Below, one piece after another: positions 1 through 13,071 of a DNA stretch of 64,000 bases. The stretch comes from Octopus vulgaris (lineage: Eukaryota). The notes below the pieces were generated by a model. That model was not told where the DNA came from and did not search any database. It worked only from the letters and a program-made list of their open reading frames with translations. The number at the start of each line of letters is the position of its first letter. Position 1 is the first letter of the stretch. The position numbers were made by a program, and so were the translations under genes. The DNA lies in NCBI GenBank assembly GCA_951406725.2, contig OX597817.1, positions 119,412,001 to 119,476,000 on the forward strand, read 5' to 3'.

Positions 1-490
1 TTGGCTCTCTCATTTACATTTGGAAGAGCAGTTACTTAAGAAAACATCTTTTGCATTAAATACTTAAACTGACAGGGAGCATTATCCATTTACACCTTTT
101 CAGTGACTGTTGTGCACATGTCCGTTGCCAATGTCAACATTGCCTGTGTGATCAGAGAGTTCATGAGCAAATTTATATTCAACTTCCCTTGAATAATTTA
201 TTTTTAATTTTTATTTATTTTTACTATGCTTTATTCTGATTTAGCATCATTACTCTAAGAAAAGCCATTATTTGACAATTCTGTGTAATATACATACATT
301 TGATCTATTTTGCTATTGGAGTTTTTGGCTATGTCACATTCTATAGTAAGGTCTTTGATCTTATAATGGAGAGTATAAATTAATTATTTTGGCATAGATG
401 AAACTCAAGATAGTGTGTAATATGTTCAATTGCTATCAGAATTTGTTGTTATCACTCTCTTCTGGCATATGGAATGTTTTCATGTGAAGC

Positions 491-661
491 AATAAACTAC
501 TAAATATTTATAAATATATGCTGTTCTTTATTATTAGTCATACTTTGGGAACATCATGTACATAAACAGTTCTAAGATTGTTCATATGTCTGTATGTTTG
601 CTAGCATGCATAAGTACACACACACATACATGTCTGTGTGCATGAACATATGTATATTCCT

Positions 662-698
<37 letters not shown>

Positions 699-1012
699 AC
701 ATACATGAAGAATATTATGCATGTACACATACATACATACATACAGAGAATATTATGCACATACAGATATATATATATATATATATATACATGCATACAC
801 ATGGTAATTTTACACACATGCTCACATACACACACTACCTATAAATATGTATATACATATATATATGAGCAAGAATATATAATAAACTACTAAATATTTA
901 GAAATATATGCTGTTGTTTATTATTAATAATAGTTTGTGAACATCATGGACATAAATAATTCTATAGATGCTTGATATGCTTGTATGTGTGCATGCATGG
1001 TATGCATAAGTA
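491..1012 (+). repeat. Imperfect direct duplication of a ~125-bp unique segment (491-616 and 881-1012) separated by TA/CA microsatellite
   Basis: aataaactactaaatattta(t/g)aaatatatgctgtt...gaacatcatg(t/g)acataaa...tgcataagta occurs twice, 390 bp apart. Confidence 0.85.
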
Positions 1013-1022
1013 TGTGTGTATG

Positions 1023-1056
<34 letters not shown>

Positions 1057-2339
1057 TCTGTATAATATTCTTTATATATATATATGTGTATGTGTGTGTA
1101 CATCCATAATATTATTTATATATATATAAGAATATGCATGCACACTGCAATACATACACACACAGATACACATGGGTATACATGCATACATATACACATG
1201 TATGTATATACATATGCATGCATGTATAGATGAATATGGGCTCACAATGTAGTGAATTACAATTAAACCAAAAGAAATTACTCAATTCTGTTTCATTATT
1301 GTTACATAAAGTAGATCATGAACCACTACTAGCAGTTTCTTAATTCTGAAATCACTTTCAAATGACAAAAGGCGAAAATAGAAGGATGAGATGAAGGAGA
1401 GGAAGACAGAGATGGACAATAATAGAAGTGAAACAAGAGACTGAGAGAAGACAAATTGAAGGAAGGATTAGCAAAAGTATAGAAACGGACAAGCATGGTG
1501 TAGGAGATGTTGAGGAGATTAAGGGCTATGAAAGAGAGAGTGGGAGCAAGAAGAGTGGAAAAAAGATAGAAGGAATAACAAGCATGTGAGCAGAAAGGGT
1601 GATGCAATGAAGGAAGAAAGAGAGGAATAGTTGGGCATTTGGGAAGATGAATAGGAATATGTAGAGAAGATAAAAGAGATGAATAGGGAAACTTGTTGGT
1701 TCCCAACATATTCATTTAGTCAGAATGAATAGAATGGGGAAATGTTATTAAACAAGCTGTGGAAGTGATGTGTAATAAGGATGGTATGAGAAGCTGAGAT
1801 AATTAATATGCACCATCATCACATTTTTTAAAGTAAGCATGAGTTAGACAAGAGTCAGTGAGGCAACTAAACATTATATTGAAGGATCTCTTAGTGGAGT
1901 ACCATATATATTAATTTTTACAAGTACAAAACTGGGAGAGAGACCTCAAAGTTGTGGTTTATTAGCTGTCATCGTCATCAGACAGAAGTTTACTTTGGTT
2001 TAATTTTCATTTACATAGCACCACATACCAAAGGAATGCCATATTCAAGGTGGGAAAATTAAACTGAACCACAGTCAGATAAAATTTAGTAAACTGAAAC
2101 TTCTAATCATTGCAAAGCATTTTCTTGTTAAAAATTATAATACACATGCATAATACATATACGAAAAATTTCCACATGAAGAAAAACAAAAAAAAAAAAA
2201 GCAAAACAAAAGGGTATGAAAGAATGATTAGTGTCTCAGCTGAAACAAGAGGTGAAACATCTGGCTATGTTAAAAGAAAATAAACAGATTATAACTACTT
2301 AGCAACATTGAATTCTTTCTGAGAAGGAAGTTCTCTAAC

Positions 2340-2710
2340 TTTGTGTGTGTTATGTATACATATGTGTATGTGCATGAATATGTGTGGGTGTGTGTATATA
2401 CACCTGTGGCCACAGACACATGTTACAACTCTGCTGTAAATTGCCTGAAGACCCTGTGTGCCCACAGGTGAAACACAGAGTAGCAAGTAACTCACTCAAC
2501 CAAAATAAATATGTGTGTGAGTGTAAAGATGTATGCATGTATATATATATATGTGCATGCGTATGTGTATATATATATATATACGTGCATGCATGCATAT
2601 ATATATGTAAATACACATATGTATATTTATAAACATATATATATGTGCATATTGATGTATGTATACACACACACATATGCGCACATACACACACACATGT
2701 ATATATATTT
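2340..2710. repeat. Compound (TG/TA/CA)n microsatellite region
   Basis: Degenerate dinucleotide and TATG runs; source of several spurious Y/I/C/V/H-rich ORFs. Confidence 0.85.
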
Positions 2711-2739
2711 GAGTTAGAGTCCCTTGTACTACAGAAATC

Positions 2740-4272
2740 TTAGTTTACTATCAAGGACCACATGAGCATTTCATGTGTAATCCTTTGACTAGATTAACTA
2801 ATCCAGTGAAAACCAGGAATGATTAGCACATAAATTTTAGATCACATATTACTTCGAATTCAAAGAATTTCACTTCTTAGGGAATTTTAGCACCTCTTAA
2901 CTTGGTTCAAAGTTATAAATAATATACAAGAATATAAATTCACAAAATCTTATACTGTTTGTTACAATTCTAACACTAAAGGTTACTCAAAGGACAGTTC
3001 ATTCGCCCTTGATTTGCCAAAAACTAATCACATTTCTCTGATGCAAGGATTAATATTATAATGTGTTAAAGAAAGTGATATCTTTGGATAATGCTTTACA
3101 CATTCAGAAAAAAAAAATACTACTTTCTTTGATATCAGTATTGGCTTCAAAGGTTCAACAGAAGTTTGTAGAATTATTGGATTATATATTTTAAGTTTAA
3201 TCCATATATAATTCCATGACTTAAAAGCAGATTATACAGAAATGATGGCCTATTAATTCTTTGAAATATGAATAATCTGATAAATTCAGAAAATAAAAAT
3301 AAAAAAAAAACATTATCGACTTATTGAAATAATTAGATTAAAAATCACAGTAGATACCAATCTTAAAATAGTCAATATTTTAGGCAACACCTTAAACTTA
3401 GATATCATCCTAATAGTAATCCAGATGTTATACTGTAATACATTAACATAACATCAAACTACCAGCTAGACATTCCATAATGTAGTGAAGAATATTACCA
3501 TTTGTTTGTCTGGTATATCATACTACCAATATATTTTCAGATATAGCTCTAGTTGCTATAATAATGTTTTAAGAAATAGTGGCTATAAAGAAAATATTCA
3601 TTATATATATATAAGTCGTCAAATCAGCTGTAATAGATACAGAATTTGAAAATGCAAGGTACTATAGAGTAGCTTTTATAATTTAGGTGAAAGCACTGAT
3701 CTTAATTTAGATAGAGCTCATAGATACACATTTTAACCAAAACATGTATAGAACAAAATGTGCAATAGAAATGTATACAATAGAAGTGTATACAATTCCA
3801 CTATTGAAAATGTTGTCATAGCATTAGCTAACTTCAATAATAAAAACACATCTTCAACAATTGGCAATAACACTGTGAAATGTAATTATATTAATATAAT
3901 ATGTCTTTTAAATGAAATTTGGTAATTCTACTGAATAATACAAGTGTGTCCAAAATGATTGAACTATCCTTTTATGGATTTAACAAACCTTATCAAAGGA
4001 AATTACAATTTGCATAGTTATACTTTTAATATGCTAGCTAGAAATCAGACAAGTATATTTGGAACTTAAAATTTAGAAACTTCACCTTTCCTATATATAA
4101 TAGAAAATTCTTAAGTTCAAGAACATACAACCAGTCAAAGAATATTTATCAACTATGTTTATTTGAGAAAAAAAAACCCATCTGATCTAGTATAAAATCT
4201 TCCTCAATCATATATCGGAATTAGTATTCTTTAGATAGAACATATCCCACTTCTTTCTGAGAAATTTGTAAC
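2740..4272 (+). mobile_element. Decayed Penelope-like retroelement (reverse transcriptase + C-terminal GIY-YIG endonuclease), many stops and frameshifts
   Basis: Manual translation gives colinear PLE motifs: FTIKDH..TRLTNP (~2745-2805), WFKVINN (~2903), FDISIGFKGSTEVCRIIGLYILS (3128), LYRNDGL (3232, YRDDGL catalytic motif), LKITVDTNLKIVNILGNTLNL, YNNVLRNSGYKENIHY, then KYIWNLK (4051), QLCLFEK (4150), LNHISEL. Confidence 0.85.
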
Positions 4273-5301
4273 TAACAAAATACAGAAGCTACTTCACTTT
4301 TTTGCAATATTAACACAGAAACTGCGACTAAGTTGCTTTAAATCTTGACACTTATATACACTTAAATCATTCATACCCATAGAAGAAGAATTTTGAATAG
4401 TTCATAGTTCTTTGAATATTCATGACACCTAACAACAGTCATGCACTAACTATTTCATTATTCTGCCCAGCCAATGAAGTAGATGAACAGCTTTTAAATG
4501 CTTCAGTGAGAACCAAATTGATTATTCATAACACTTATAATAGTATAATGAACCAACAAGACAAAATTTAGTTAATGATTGTAAAGTTTGAGGTATAATA
4601 AATTATTTCATCCTATTTCTGAGATTATGTACATTGAGTTTTGTATTCTAAAATATATTTATTCCTCTTCCCTGCCACACACACATGGTCAAACAAATAA
4701 ACAACAACACGTCTGTATAAAAATATATATTATAGAACTATTCAGAAATTTACAAATACATATCATCAATAAGATTCTAGTAAATATTTACTTATCTTCA
4801 CTGTTATTTCACATTTATTCACACTTAGGCTCACTGACAGACAGAATTTAAAGTAAATTATGAGAAGAGATATATCATAGAGTCATCAGATACAAACCAT
4901 ATATAAGTGATATCCCCAAAAAATGGGTAGGAAATACAAAACAAATTCATAATAGACAATGACACATGAATAAAAATGAATGTAGCAAAATATTCAGGCC
5001 TACATTGAAATAGATCTGTATTATTTTTATTTATGACTAATTATACTGCGAAAGTGTTGAACAAGAGTTTCACAAAAAAAAGGGAGGAATAAATTATAAT
5101 TCTATCCTTAAAAATCTCCCATTTTAAACTTCACAACCAGTAAGGAATCAATAATTTTCATTAAATATCATTCAGAATTAAGTCTATAAATACATACACA
5201 CAAATATTAAAATACAGTAAAAATAACTGAAATTCTGTCTTTTGCTACCAAATAAAGTATTTTCAGAGTGTATAAATGTAATTATATCATATAAATATAA
5301 A

Positions 5302-6489
5302 TTGGGTCATCCCATAAATAATGCGGTCTTTTTCAATTGCATGAACTAAAAGTTGGAAGGGAATGAGATAACTACCTGCATCAACTTGCAATAAAAGCAG
5401 GTAGTAATTTTACCTTGTACTTATTCATAGTGAAAGTTTTGAAGAGTGCAGTTCAATTTTAACAGTTATACTTTCAAAGCTATAATGAAAGTGACAAAGG
5501 AGCATATTCGGCATATTTTGATTTTATGAGTTTAATAAAGGCAGAAATGCAACAGAAAGTGCGAGGAATATTAATGCAGTATGTGGGGATCGGACAATAA
5601 GTGTAAGCCAGAGTCAATGATGGTTCCAGAAATTCTGGGCCAGAAACTACAGCCTAGAAGATGAGTCTCATCCTGGAAGATCTGTGGAGCTTGATGAGGA
5701 TATCCTGCAAACTCTGGTGGAACCTGTGTGCCATCAGAAAAGTCATCAGAAAATTGGGTCAATGGGTTCCTAACAAACTTCCCAATTCTAATCACGTGCA
5801 GGGAGTGAATGTGTGCTCTTCTCTGCTGTCATGTCTCATGAATGAATCTTTCTTGGATTGAATAGTGTCTGGTGATGAGAAATGGGTTCCCTATAAAAAT
5901 GTGAAACACTGAAGGCAGTGGATAGGGAAAGGAGAAACACCAGCATTCCAGGCTAAAGAAGGTCTTCACTCACAAAAGGTGTTGTTATCTGGGGATATGA
6001 ACGGTTTAGTTGACTTTGAACATTTAAACCCAAACCAAACAATAACAAAGGGGATCTACTGTGAGGAGCCTGAGCAGCTTAAGTCAGTGAAGAAAAAGGA
6101 CCATCTTTGGTTTCAAGACAAAAAGTGTTCTTCCATCAGAAGGATGGCATTCCAAAGGCTGCAACAGTTTCAATTGGAAACAATACTCCACCCACCATAT
6201 TCACCAAAAATTGCCCCATCTGATTATTATTTATTTCACAGTTTTCAAAATTATTTGGAAGGAAAATATATGAATTCTGTAGACAAGGTCAGAACAGTAC
6301 TGGTGGAGTATTTTTCATCATGGACAAGCAAATTTTGGAAGAGGGGCCTTGCATATCTACCAGATATATGGAAGAACATTGTAGAAAATGATGGAGAGTA
6401 TATTTTAGATTAAAAAAGATCTTTGTTTATCTTAATTTTGAAAAATAAAAGAAGTATTAAGAAATCACATTATTCATGAGATGACCCAA
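5302..6489 (+). mobile_element. Near-full-length defective mariner (Tc1/mariner superfamily) DNA transposon, ~1.19 kb
   Basis: TIRs ttgggtcatcccataaataatg (5302) / cattattcatgagatgacccaa (ends 6489), followed by TA; encloses a transposase relic. Confidence 0.95.
5485..6413 (+). pseudogene. Mariner transposase pseudogene
   Basis: MKVTKEHIRHIL/ FYEFNKGRNATESARNINAV..WFQKF..SLEDESHPGRS; KLGQWVPNKL (WVPHEL motif); FLD*IVSGDEKWV (first catalytic D); HPPYSPKIAPSDYYLFHS (YSPDLAPSD motif); in-frame stops, frameshifts and internal deletions. Confidence 0.93.
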
Positions 6490-6914
6490 TATATATATAT
6501 ATATTTATATATATATATATATAGGTTCAAACATCAAGAAATGTTCTTGAGTTACTGAAATTATATGTACTTCCAGAAAAAGAAGATCAATTGCTTGATG
6601 GCAAATGACACCAATGCTACACAGGAAGTGGATACAATCTCAAGAACCAGTTCTACAAAATTGACATTCCTTTCAGGAAAATACATTATGACTATCTTCA
6701 GAGGACATCTGTGGGCATGCATTTCTGCTTGAATAGGCTTCATCAGCTCAGCAATTGTCCTATCTTAACTTTCGCAGATAAGGCACTTAAACACATACAA
6801 AAAATTTTTTTAAATAAAAATGAGCTAAAGGAAAAAACTTAACAAGGACAGTGAACAATATAGACAAAAAGGAGTATATTAATTAACATACAAGAAAAAA
6901 AAATCTTGATTTAG

Positions 6915-7470
6915 ATTTTACTTGTTTCTGTCACTAAACTACAACCGTGCTGGCATACTGCCTTGAAGTGTTTAGTTGAACATATCAACCACCAGAACTT
7001 ATTCTTTAAGCCTGTTAATTATTCTATAGGTTTCTATTTGCTGAATCGCCAATTTACAGGGTGGTAAGCAAAATAATGTGGAGGTGCAATGGCCCAGTGA
7101 TTAGGGCAGCGGACTTGCGGCTGAAGGATCGCAGTTTTGATTCTCAGACTGGGCGTTGTGTGTGTTTATTGAGCGAAAACACCTGAGGCTCCAGCAGGGG
7201 GTAGTGGTGACCCCTGTTGTACTCTTTCGACCCAACATTCTCTCACTCTTTCTTCCTGTTTCATGAGTAACGCTGCAATGGACTGGCATCCCGTCCAGCT
7301 GGGGGGAACACATACGCCAGAGAAACCGGGAAACTGGGCCTATGAGGCTGGCTAAGCTTGAAAAGGGTGCATAAATAAATAAAAATAAGCAAATCAACAG
7401 TGGTTGCCAAGTGGGAGTAGGGTCAAACACAAGCATAAAGACACACATATACACTCACACACACATGCAC
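6915..7470 (-). mobile_element. SINE family A 3' half, interrupted by a family B SINE
   Basis: Matches the reverse complement of the 3' half of the copy at 51708-52101 over 6915-7072 and resumes at 7386. Confidence 0.75.
7073..7385 (+). mobile_element. tRNA-derived SINE family B, nested in family A
   Basis: Head ggaggtgcaatggcccagtgattagggcagcggac..gttttgattc (Pol III A/B-box-like); (taaa)n tail; target duplication taagcaaa at 7065-7072 and 7386-7393. Confidence 0.88.
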
Positions 7471-9489
7471 ACATATACTATAATAACACTAGGAAGGGCA
7501 CCCGGGCACAGTAACCATATCAAAATGGAACATAAATATCTGACCTAGTAACTCTAAAATCTACATTGACCAAGTCTCTTGCATCCACTTTTTCTTATGC
7601 AAGCATGGGTCACAAGGAATGACACGATCCACAATCATAGCTTATATTGAAGTACTGCCTTCTTAGATGAGTTGAAGCATTACGTTCCCTTTTGCTATCA
7701 ATAGCTTTTATGACTGGATGTTGTTCCTAATGTCAATATGTATGTGTGTGTATGCATGCGTGCATGCATGTCTCTGTGTGTATGTGAGTGTGTATGTGAA
7801 TGAGTATGCACAAGAGAAGCAAACTGTAGGATCCAGATGAGCATGCAGCTGCTTACATTGGCAATTGATAGTTATATACAGTCCAAATATTATGTTATGT
7901 TTTCCCATGTTATATAGTGTACACACGCACACACAGAGTTTATATATATTAACTGTTTATAAACATCAATTGCTGATATAAGCTGCTACAATCTCAAATT
8001 CCTTTGGATCCTACTGTTTGCATCTCATATATACATATACACATATATATATATATATAAACACGCACACACACAGTATATTATATTAAATCTTATTTAA
8101 TATATAATATACAATGCACATTATATTATATATAAAATATTTTTATAACATAACTATGTGTAATATACTCTATATAAATTTACATATTATATATATATTG
8201 CATTATATAAATTAATATTGTTTTATAAGCAATATATGAAATGTACATACACACACTCAGTGGGTAAGAAGCAGAGTGAGGAAGAGAGAGAGAGAGAGAG
8301 ACATTCATACAAATAGTCTAAGTATTGATAAATGCATATAAATATCTGCACACTCATACCCACTCAAAGGTAACTATAAATACATCTAGAAATCTATATA
8401 TATACACAAGTATGCTAGTATACACATGTGTGAGTGTGCATGTGGAAGAGAACGTTTGTACAAACATATGTATATGTTCACATTCACATAAATATGCTTT
8501 TCTGTGTGTGTATTTTACCTATTTCCTTATTAATACCATATATTTTCTTGGGTTTTTTTTTTTAACTAAGGGATGATCATAGGATGAATATAGAAAAATA
8601 TATATCAATCTTTTTTACATCCTACACTATATTGACTTAACAATTTATACCAGCTTCTAAATATATTTAAATAGATTACTGACCCCCTTTAAGATGGATC
8701 CACATTACTGCATATCAAAAATCTACGCAAACTTATGAAATAGAAAATAATGTCTATGTAAGAATACTCTGCATATATCAATGCAATACCTGAACGTATT
8801 TTAATTTTATCACTAAAATATATTCAAGGCATGTAAAATGTAATATATAAATGTAAAATATAAAAGGCATCAAATATAAACTGAAATGCTTCAAAAAATT
8901 CCTTGCCTGCCTGCTTATGACTTCGAATCAATAAGCTATATCAGAAAAACTGTCGTTATTTTATGCTGAATCCCACTGAAAGGGAAATTATCAGGCAAAA
9001 CGGAATGATAATGCACACGTGCTGGCATGTGTGTGATGTGTGTGTGTATGAGGATTGATATTAATATTAATCTGTGTATATCTTAGAGTGCTCAGTTTAC
9101 ATGAACATTCACAAATGGACAGACACACACACATCTGTATACATACATATACACATAAAAAAAAACATATGATAACATATTAATATCAATATCGCCATGA
9201 GTAAGTATTAGTGTATTTCTCTATTTCTCTATTTCTCTCTTTCTCTTCACCTATGTATCTATTTATATAGCAATCCATCTATCGATTTGACTGTTTATCT
9301 ACCTCTCTATATAGCTACATCTATGTGTAAGAATACACACACACATACATACCACACACAAGAATATGGATTAATATCAATATCTGCATGTATGTATTAG
9401 TGCAATTGTGTATAAGGGGGAAAGCAGGTGTGTCTGCATGCACACACACACAGAAACAAAATTGCATGCTCACACACTTTTGTAATACT

Positions 9490-9696
9490 GATTTCAGTTT
9501 TTGGTACAAGGCCAGCAATTTCATGAGAGGGGATTACATCGACCTCAAATACTCAACTGGAACTTATTTTATCAAACCGAAAGGAATGAAAGTTAAATCG
9601 ACTTTGATGGAATTTGAACTCAGAACGTGAAGATAAGTGAAATGTTGTTAAGCATTTTGCATGGCATGCCAATAATTCTACAAGTTCATTGCCTTA
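9490..9696 (-). mobile_element. Short interspersed family D (~200 bp SINE-like)
   Basis: ggtacaaggccagcaattt..acttattttatc..ggaatttgaactcagaacgt..taagcatttt; reverse complement of 51314-51523. Confidence 0.8.
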
Positions 9697-12272
9697 CACA
9701 CCTTTGTAATATGGAGAAACTTTGCTCAGAGCTGGAATTTGTTCAACAAATCAGAAGCTTAAGAGACACAATAATGTTTACAACTATAGTTGTTTATTAT
9801 GTTAATACATTTGTACCTATTTTATATTATTATTAGATATTCTCATAAGTCTTCAGTGCTTATTGAATATATGCATATTAGGATTAATATCAACACATAG
9901 CTGATTAAAACATATTTACATTTATATATATGTAGATATACACACAAACACATTAATAAAAGCATATCTAGATCAATGCATTAATATTTATATACAAGCA
10001 TGTGTACAAATATATGCATATTTTATAGCTATGCATACATATACACATGCACACACAGCTAGTTATATGGATATACAGATAGATATAGAAAGAAAGAGAG
10101 AGAGATTTATATAGGTATATACATAAAGGGTTTGAGATAGTGTGTGTGTGTGTGCTTGAGCATAATTCAAAATGTTGTATCAATCTGTTGATTACTATTC
10201 TATATAAAATCAAACGAGAGTTAATGAAGATGTTGGTGATGTGATACATATGATGATGATGATGATGACAATGGTTACAATCATGAGGAGGTGAAGAAAT
10301 TGTGAGGGAAGAAAAGACAATGGTAATGACAAGGAGGAAGAACTTAGATATGATCATAATGACAATAGGATTCTTGATGATCATTTATCATCATCGTCAT
10401 CATATAATCAAAGTATATAATTTAAATGTCTAAGAAAAAAACTTTTGTTCATAAATTTAGATTAAATATTCAAAATTAATTTGAGTTATAAGGCAAGATC
10501 ATGGCAATTATAAATAGGGTTTTTATCAACAAAATTGATGCTAAATTTATAAGTCGGCCTCAATAATGAATATATGTTAGTGGTACTGATTTTATTGATT
10601 CCAGAAATTTAGAATAAGGGATTGATGGTGATTATGTTGTCAATGGTGATTATAGTAATAAAAATTATTGCATTCTACTATATTAAACTGGAAAAATCTG
10701 AATTTAAAGGTAAAAGGTCAATGGTGTACTTTTAATTTTGTAGTCACAATAAAAAAAAAAAACATTCTGAAGTTAATTCTCAATGCTTTATATGAAAAAG
10801 ACTGTCATTAGGTATATTCAAAGAAGTCTTCTGATTTGTGTTCTCCTTAGAATATTAACATCAACCACAAAACTTTGGTGAGAAAAATTTGTTTGCTATA
10901 TCATCACATGTATGGAAAGTTTTCTCTTACTCTAATCTCAGTGGTAATGAATGTAGATCAATATTCAAAGTCTGAGATTCATCAACCACTTTGAAAATAC
11001 TTCCTGAAGCAATTCAGAAATATTTCTTCAGAAATGAAGTGCTCTTGCTAAATGAAAATGACAGATAAGAAAAGAAAAGACTGCATCAATCAAGCATTAA
11101 AATAAAGATATATATATATATTATAAAGTTAGGAAACAAAACATATTACAGTATTGAAAGAAATTTAATAGCCTGTTCTTCTGGAATTGAATATTATTTA
11201 CTAAAAAATGTTTATGAAAATGTAAAACTTATATATTAATCTAACAGCTATTTTGTTATAAAACATTTGAATCTGATAATTGTATTTGGAAAACCACAAT
11301 ACTACTAGCTAAAATATTACATAAATTAATTAAAAGCAGACTTTTAAATGTAAAATATCTAGATAAATTTCTATATTAATATATGCACACAGCATATCTT
11401 TAATGTATATTTCAGTATATACAATATTTGCTGTGAGTATACAAGTACATGCACATAAAATGCATCAAAGTTCATCAAGAAAGGCAATATTTATTCTCAT
11501 TTTAATTAAACTGCATAAATTAAATCAATGTGCCAATCTCTATTAAAGATGCACCAACTAACACTGATAAACAAACATCAAATTATGCGATTATGTCATG
11601 AATATAAATTCTTCTCAACAAATTGTTTACTGGAAACATTCCTTGGTGAACCATCCAATGCATTACATGTATTTTTTTCTGTTAAACCAGCCATTAAACA
11701 GAATTTCTACCAAAGACAGGAATGAGAAGAGAATAGTACCAAAAATAACAGTGTGTATAATCTTATGAATATTCACACTCTTACTTAAAATGCATCGATT
11801 CCATTGAGACAAAGCGTACCAGTCTAATAAACATTTTCTGGATAATACAATTTAAATATAGGTGCTTTATAATATCCAAATTATTTTTTCTTCATAAGTT
11901 AGAAATGAGTATATATCATAAGTGTTCTCATAAGTAAAGCAAAAGCATCATGTATAATTTTGAAGAAATCAATAAACATTGAATCTAGAACTGAATCTTT
12001 AATAAGAAATACATGTGTATATGTTCAGAATGTCATATATGAATGCATAACTAAAGGACAAGTTTATAATAATGATAGCATAATGACATTCTATCACCAA
12101 TCAAACACAGAAGATGGTTATCAAATACCTAATGAGTGAAAGAACTAATTTACCGATAAAATATTCTTAATATGAAAGAGTTTCAATTACTGAACACCAT
12201 AACTTCCTTAAAGCCATGGTAATATAAAATAACCAGCACATAAAACAATCCACAAGAATCAATGCATTAGAA

Positions 12273-12662
12273 GAGTAGTTCTGAACAAATTTTTATCTAT
12301 GGACCTCTTTGATTTCTCTTTTACTTCGATGGATTTCCATAACCATTCAATGTTTTAAAAAATCCTACAATATCCTCATAATTAAATATTATTAGGAATT
12401 GCGTAAAAAATTTGTTCAAATATTTTGTGCATTATTCTTTATTTGTTTCAGTCGTTGGACTGTGGTCATGCTGGAGCACAACCTTAATGGGTTTTAGTCA
12501 AAGAAATCGATCCCAGGACTTATTCTTTGTAAGCCTAGTACTTATTCTATCAGTGTCTTTTGCCGAATCACTAAGTTATGGGGATGTAAACTCACCAACA
12601 TTGATTGCCAGGTGATGTGTGGGGAACAAACACAGACATAAGATATACACACATAAATATGT

Positions 12663-12720
<58 letters not shown>

Positions 12721-12774
12721 TATATAACAATGTTACCGCTACTGTTTATAACTCGCTCTGAGATTTATCATTGT

Positions 12775-12822
<48 letters not shown>

Positions 12823-13071
12823 ACAGGCTTCTCACAGTTTCCTTCTACCAAATCCCCTCACAAGGCTTTGTTCTGCTTGAGGCTATAGTAGAAGACTCTC
12901 GCCCAAGATGTCACACAGTGGGACTGAACCCAGAGCCATGTGGTTGGGAAGGAAGCATCTTACCACATAGCCACTATTGTAGAAATATAACCAGTTTATT
13001 GCACATAAATTTTACAACAATATCTTATATGGGTCCCCAAGAATCATATGAACCCTGGTTGAGAACCACTA
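12273..13071. mobile_element. Old non-autonomous hAT (Charlie-like) element split by a SINE A insertion
   Basis: Degenerate TIRs gagtagttctgaaca (12273) / ggttgagaaccacta (ends 13071), 11/15 match; flanking 8-mers cattagaa / ctttaaaa match 6/8. Confidence 0.55.
12436..12975 (-). mobile_element. SINE family A, full length, with expanded internal (TA)n
   Basis: tttcagtcgttggactgtggtcatgctggagcac (tail) through gtgggactgaacccagagccatgtggttgggaag..accacatagccac (head, reverse complement). Confidence 0.9.

Noticed and set aside
572-2717. Numerous Y/I/C/V/H/T-rich ORFs here and at 12542-13091, 14918, 20271, 23722, 41287-41644, 52068, 52960 and 59403
   Set aside because: They are translations of TA/CA/TACA/AAT microsatellites that lack stop codons; no domain content or splice context.
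5979-6413. 144-aa ORF as a functional gene (e.g. SETMAR-like)
   Set aside because: It is the 3' fragment of a mariner pseudogene with upstream stops and frameshifts and a damaged catalytic region; no SET domain.
7080-7155. tRNA gene candidates (also ~40643, 51708 and 62976)
   Set aside because: tRNA-like A/B boxes continue into SINE bodies with tails and TSDs; I could not build a proper cloverleaf with an acceptor stem.
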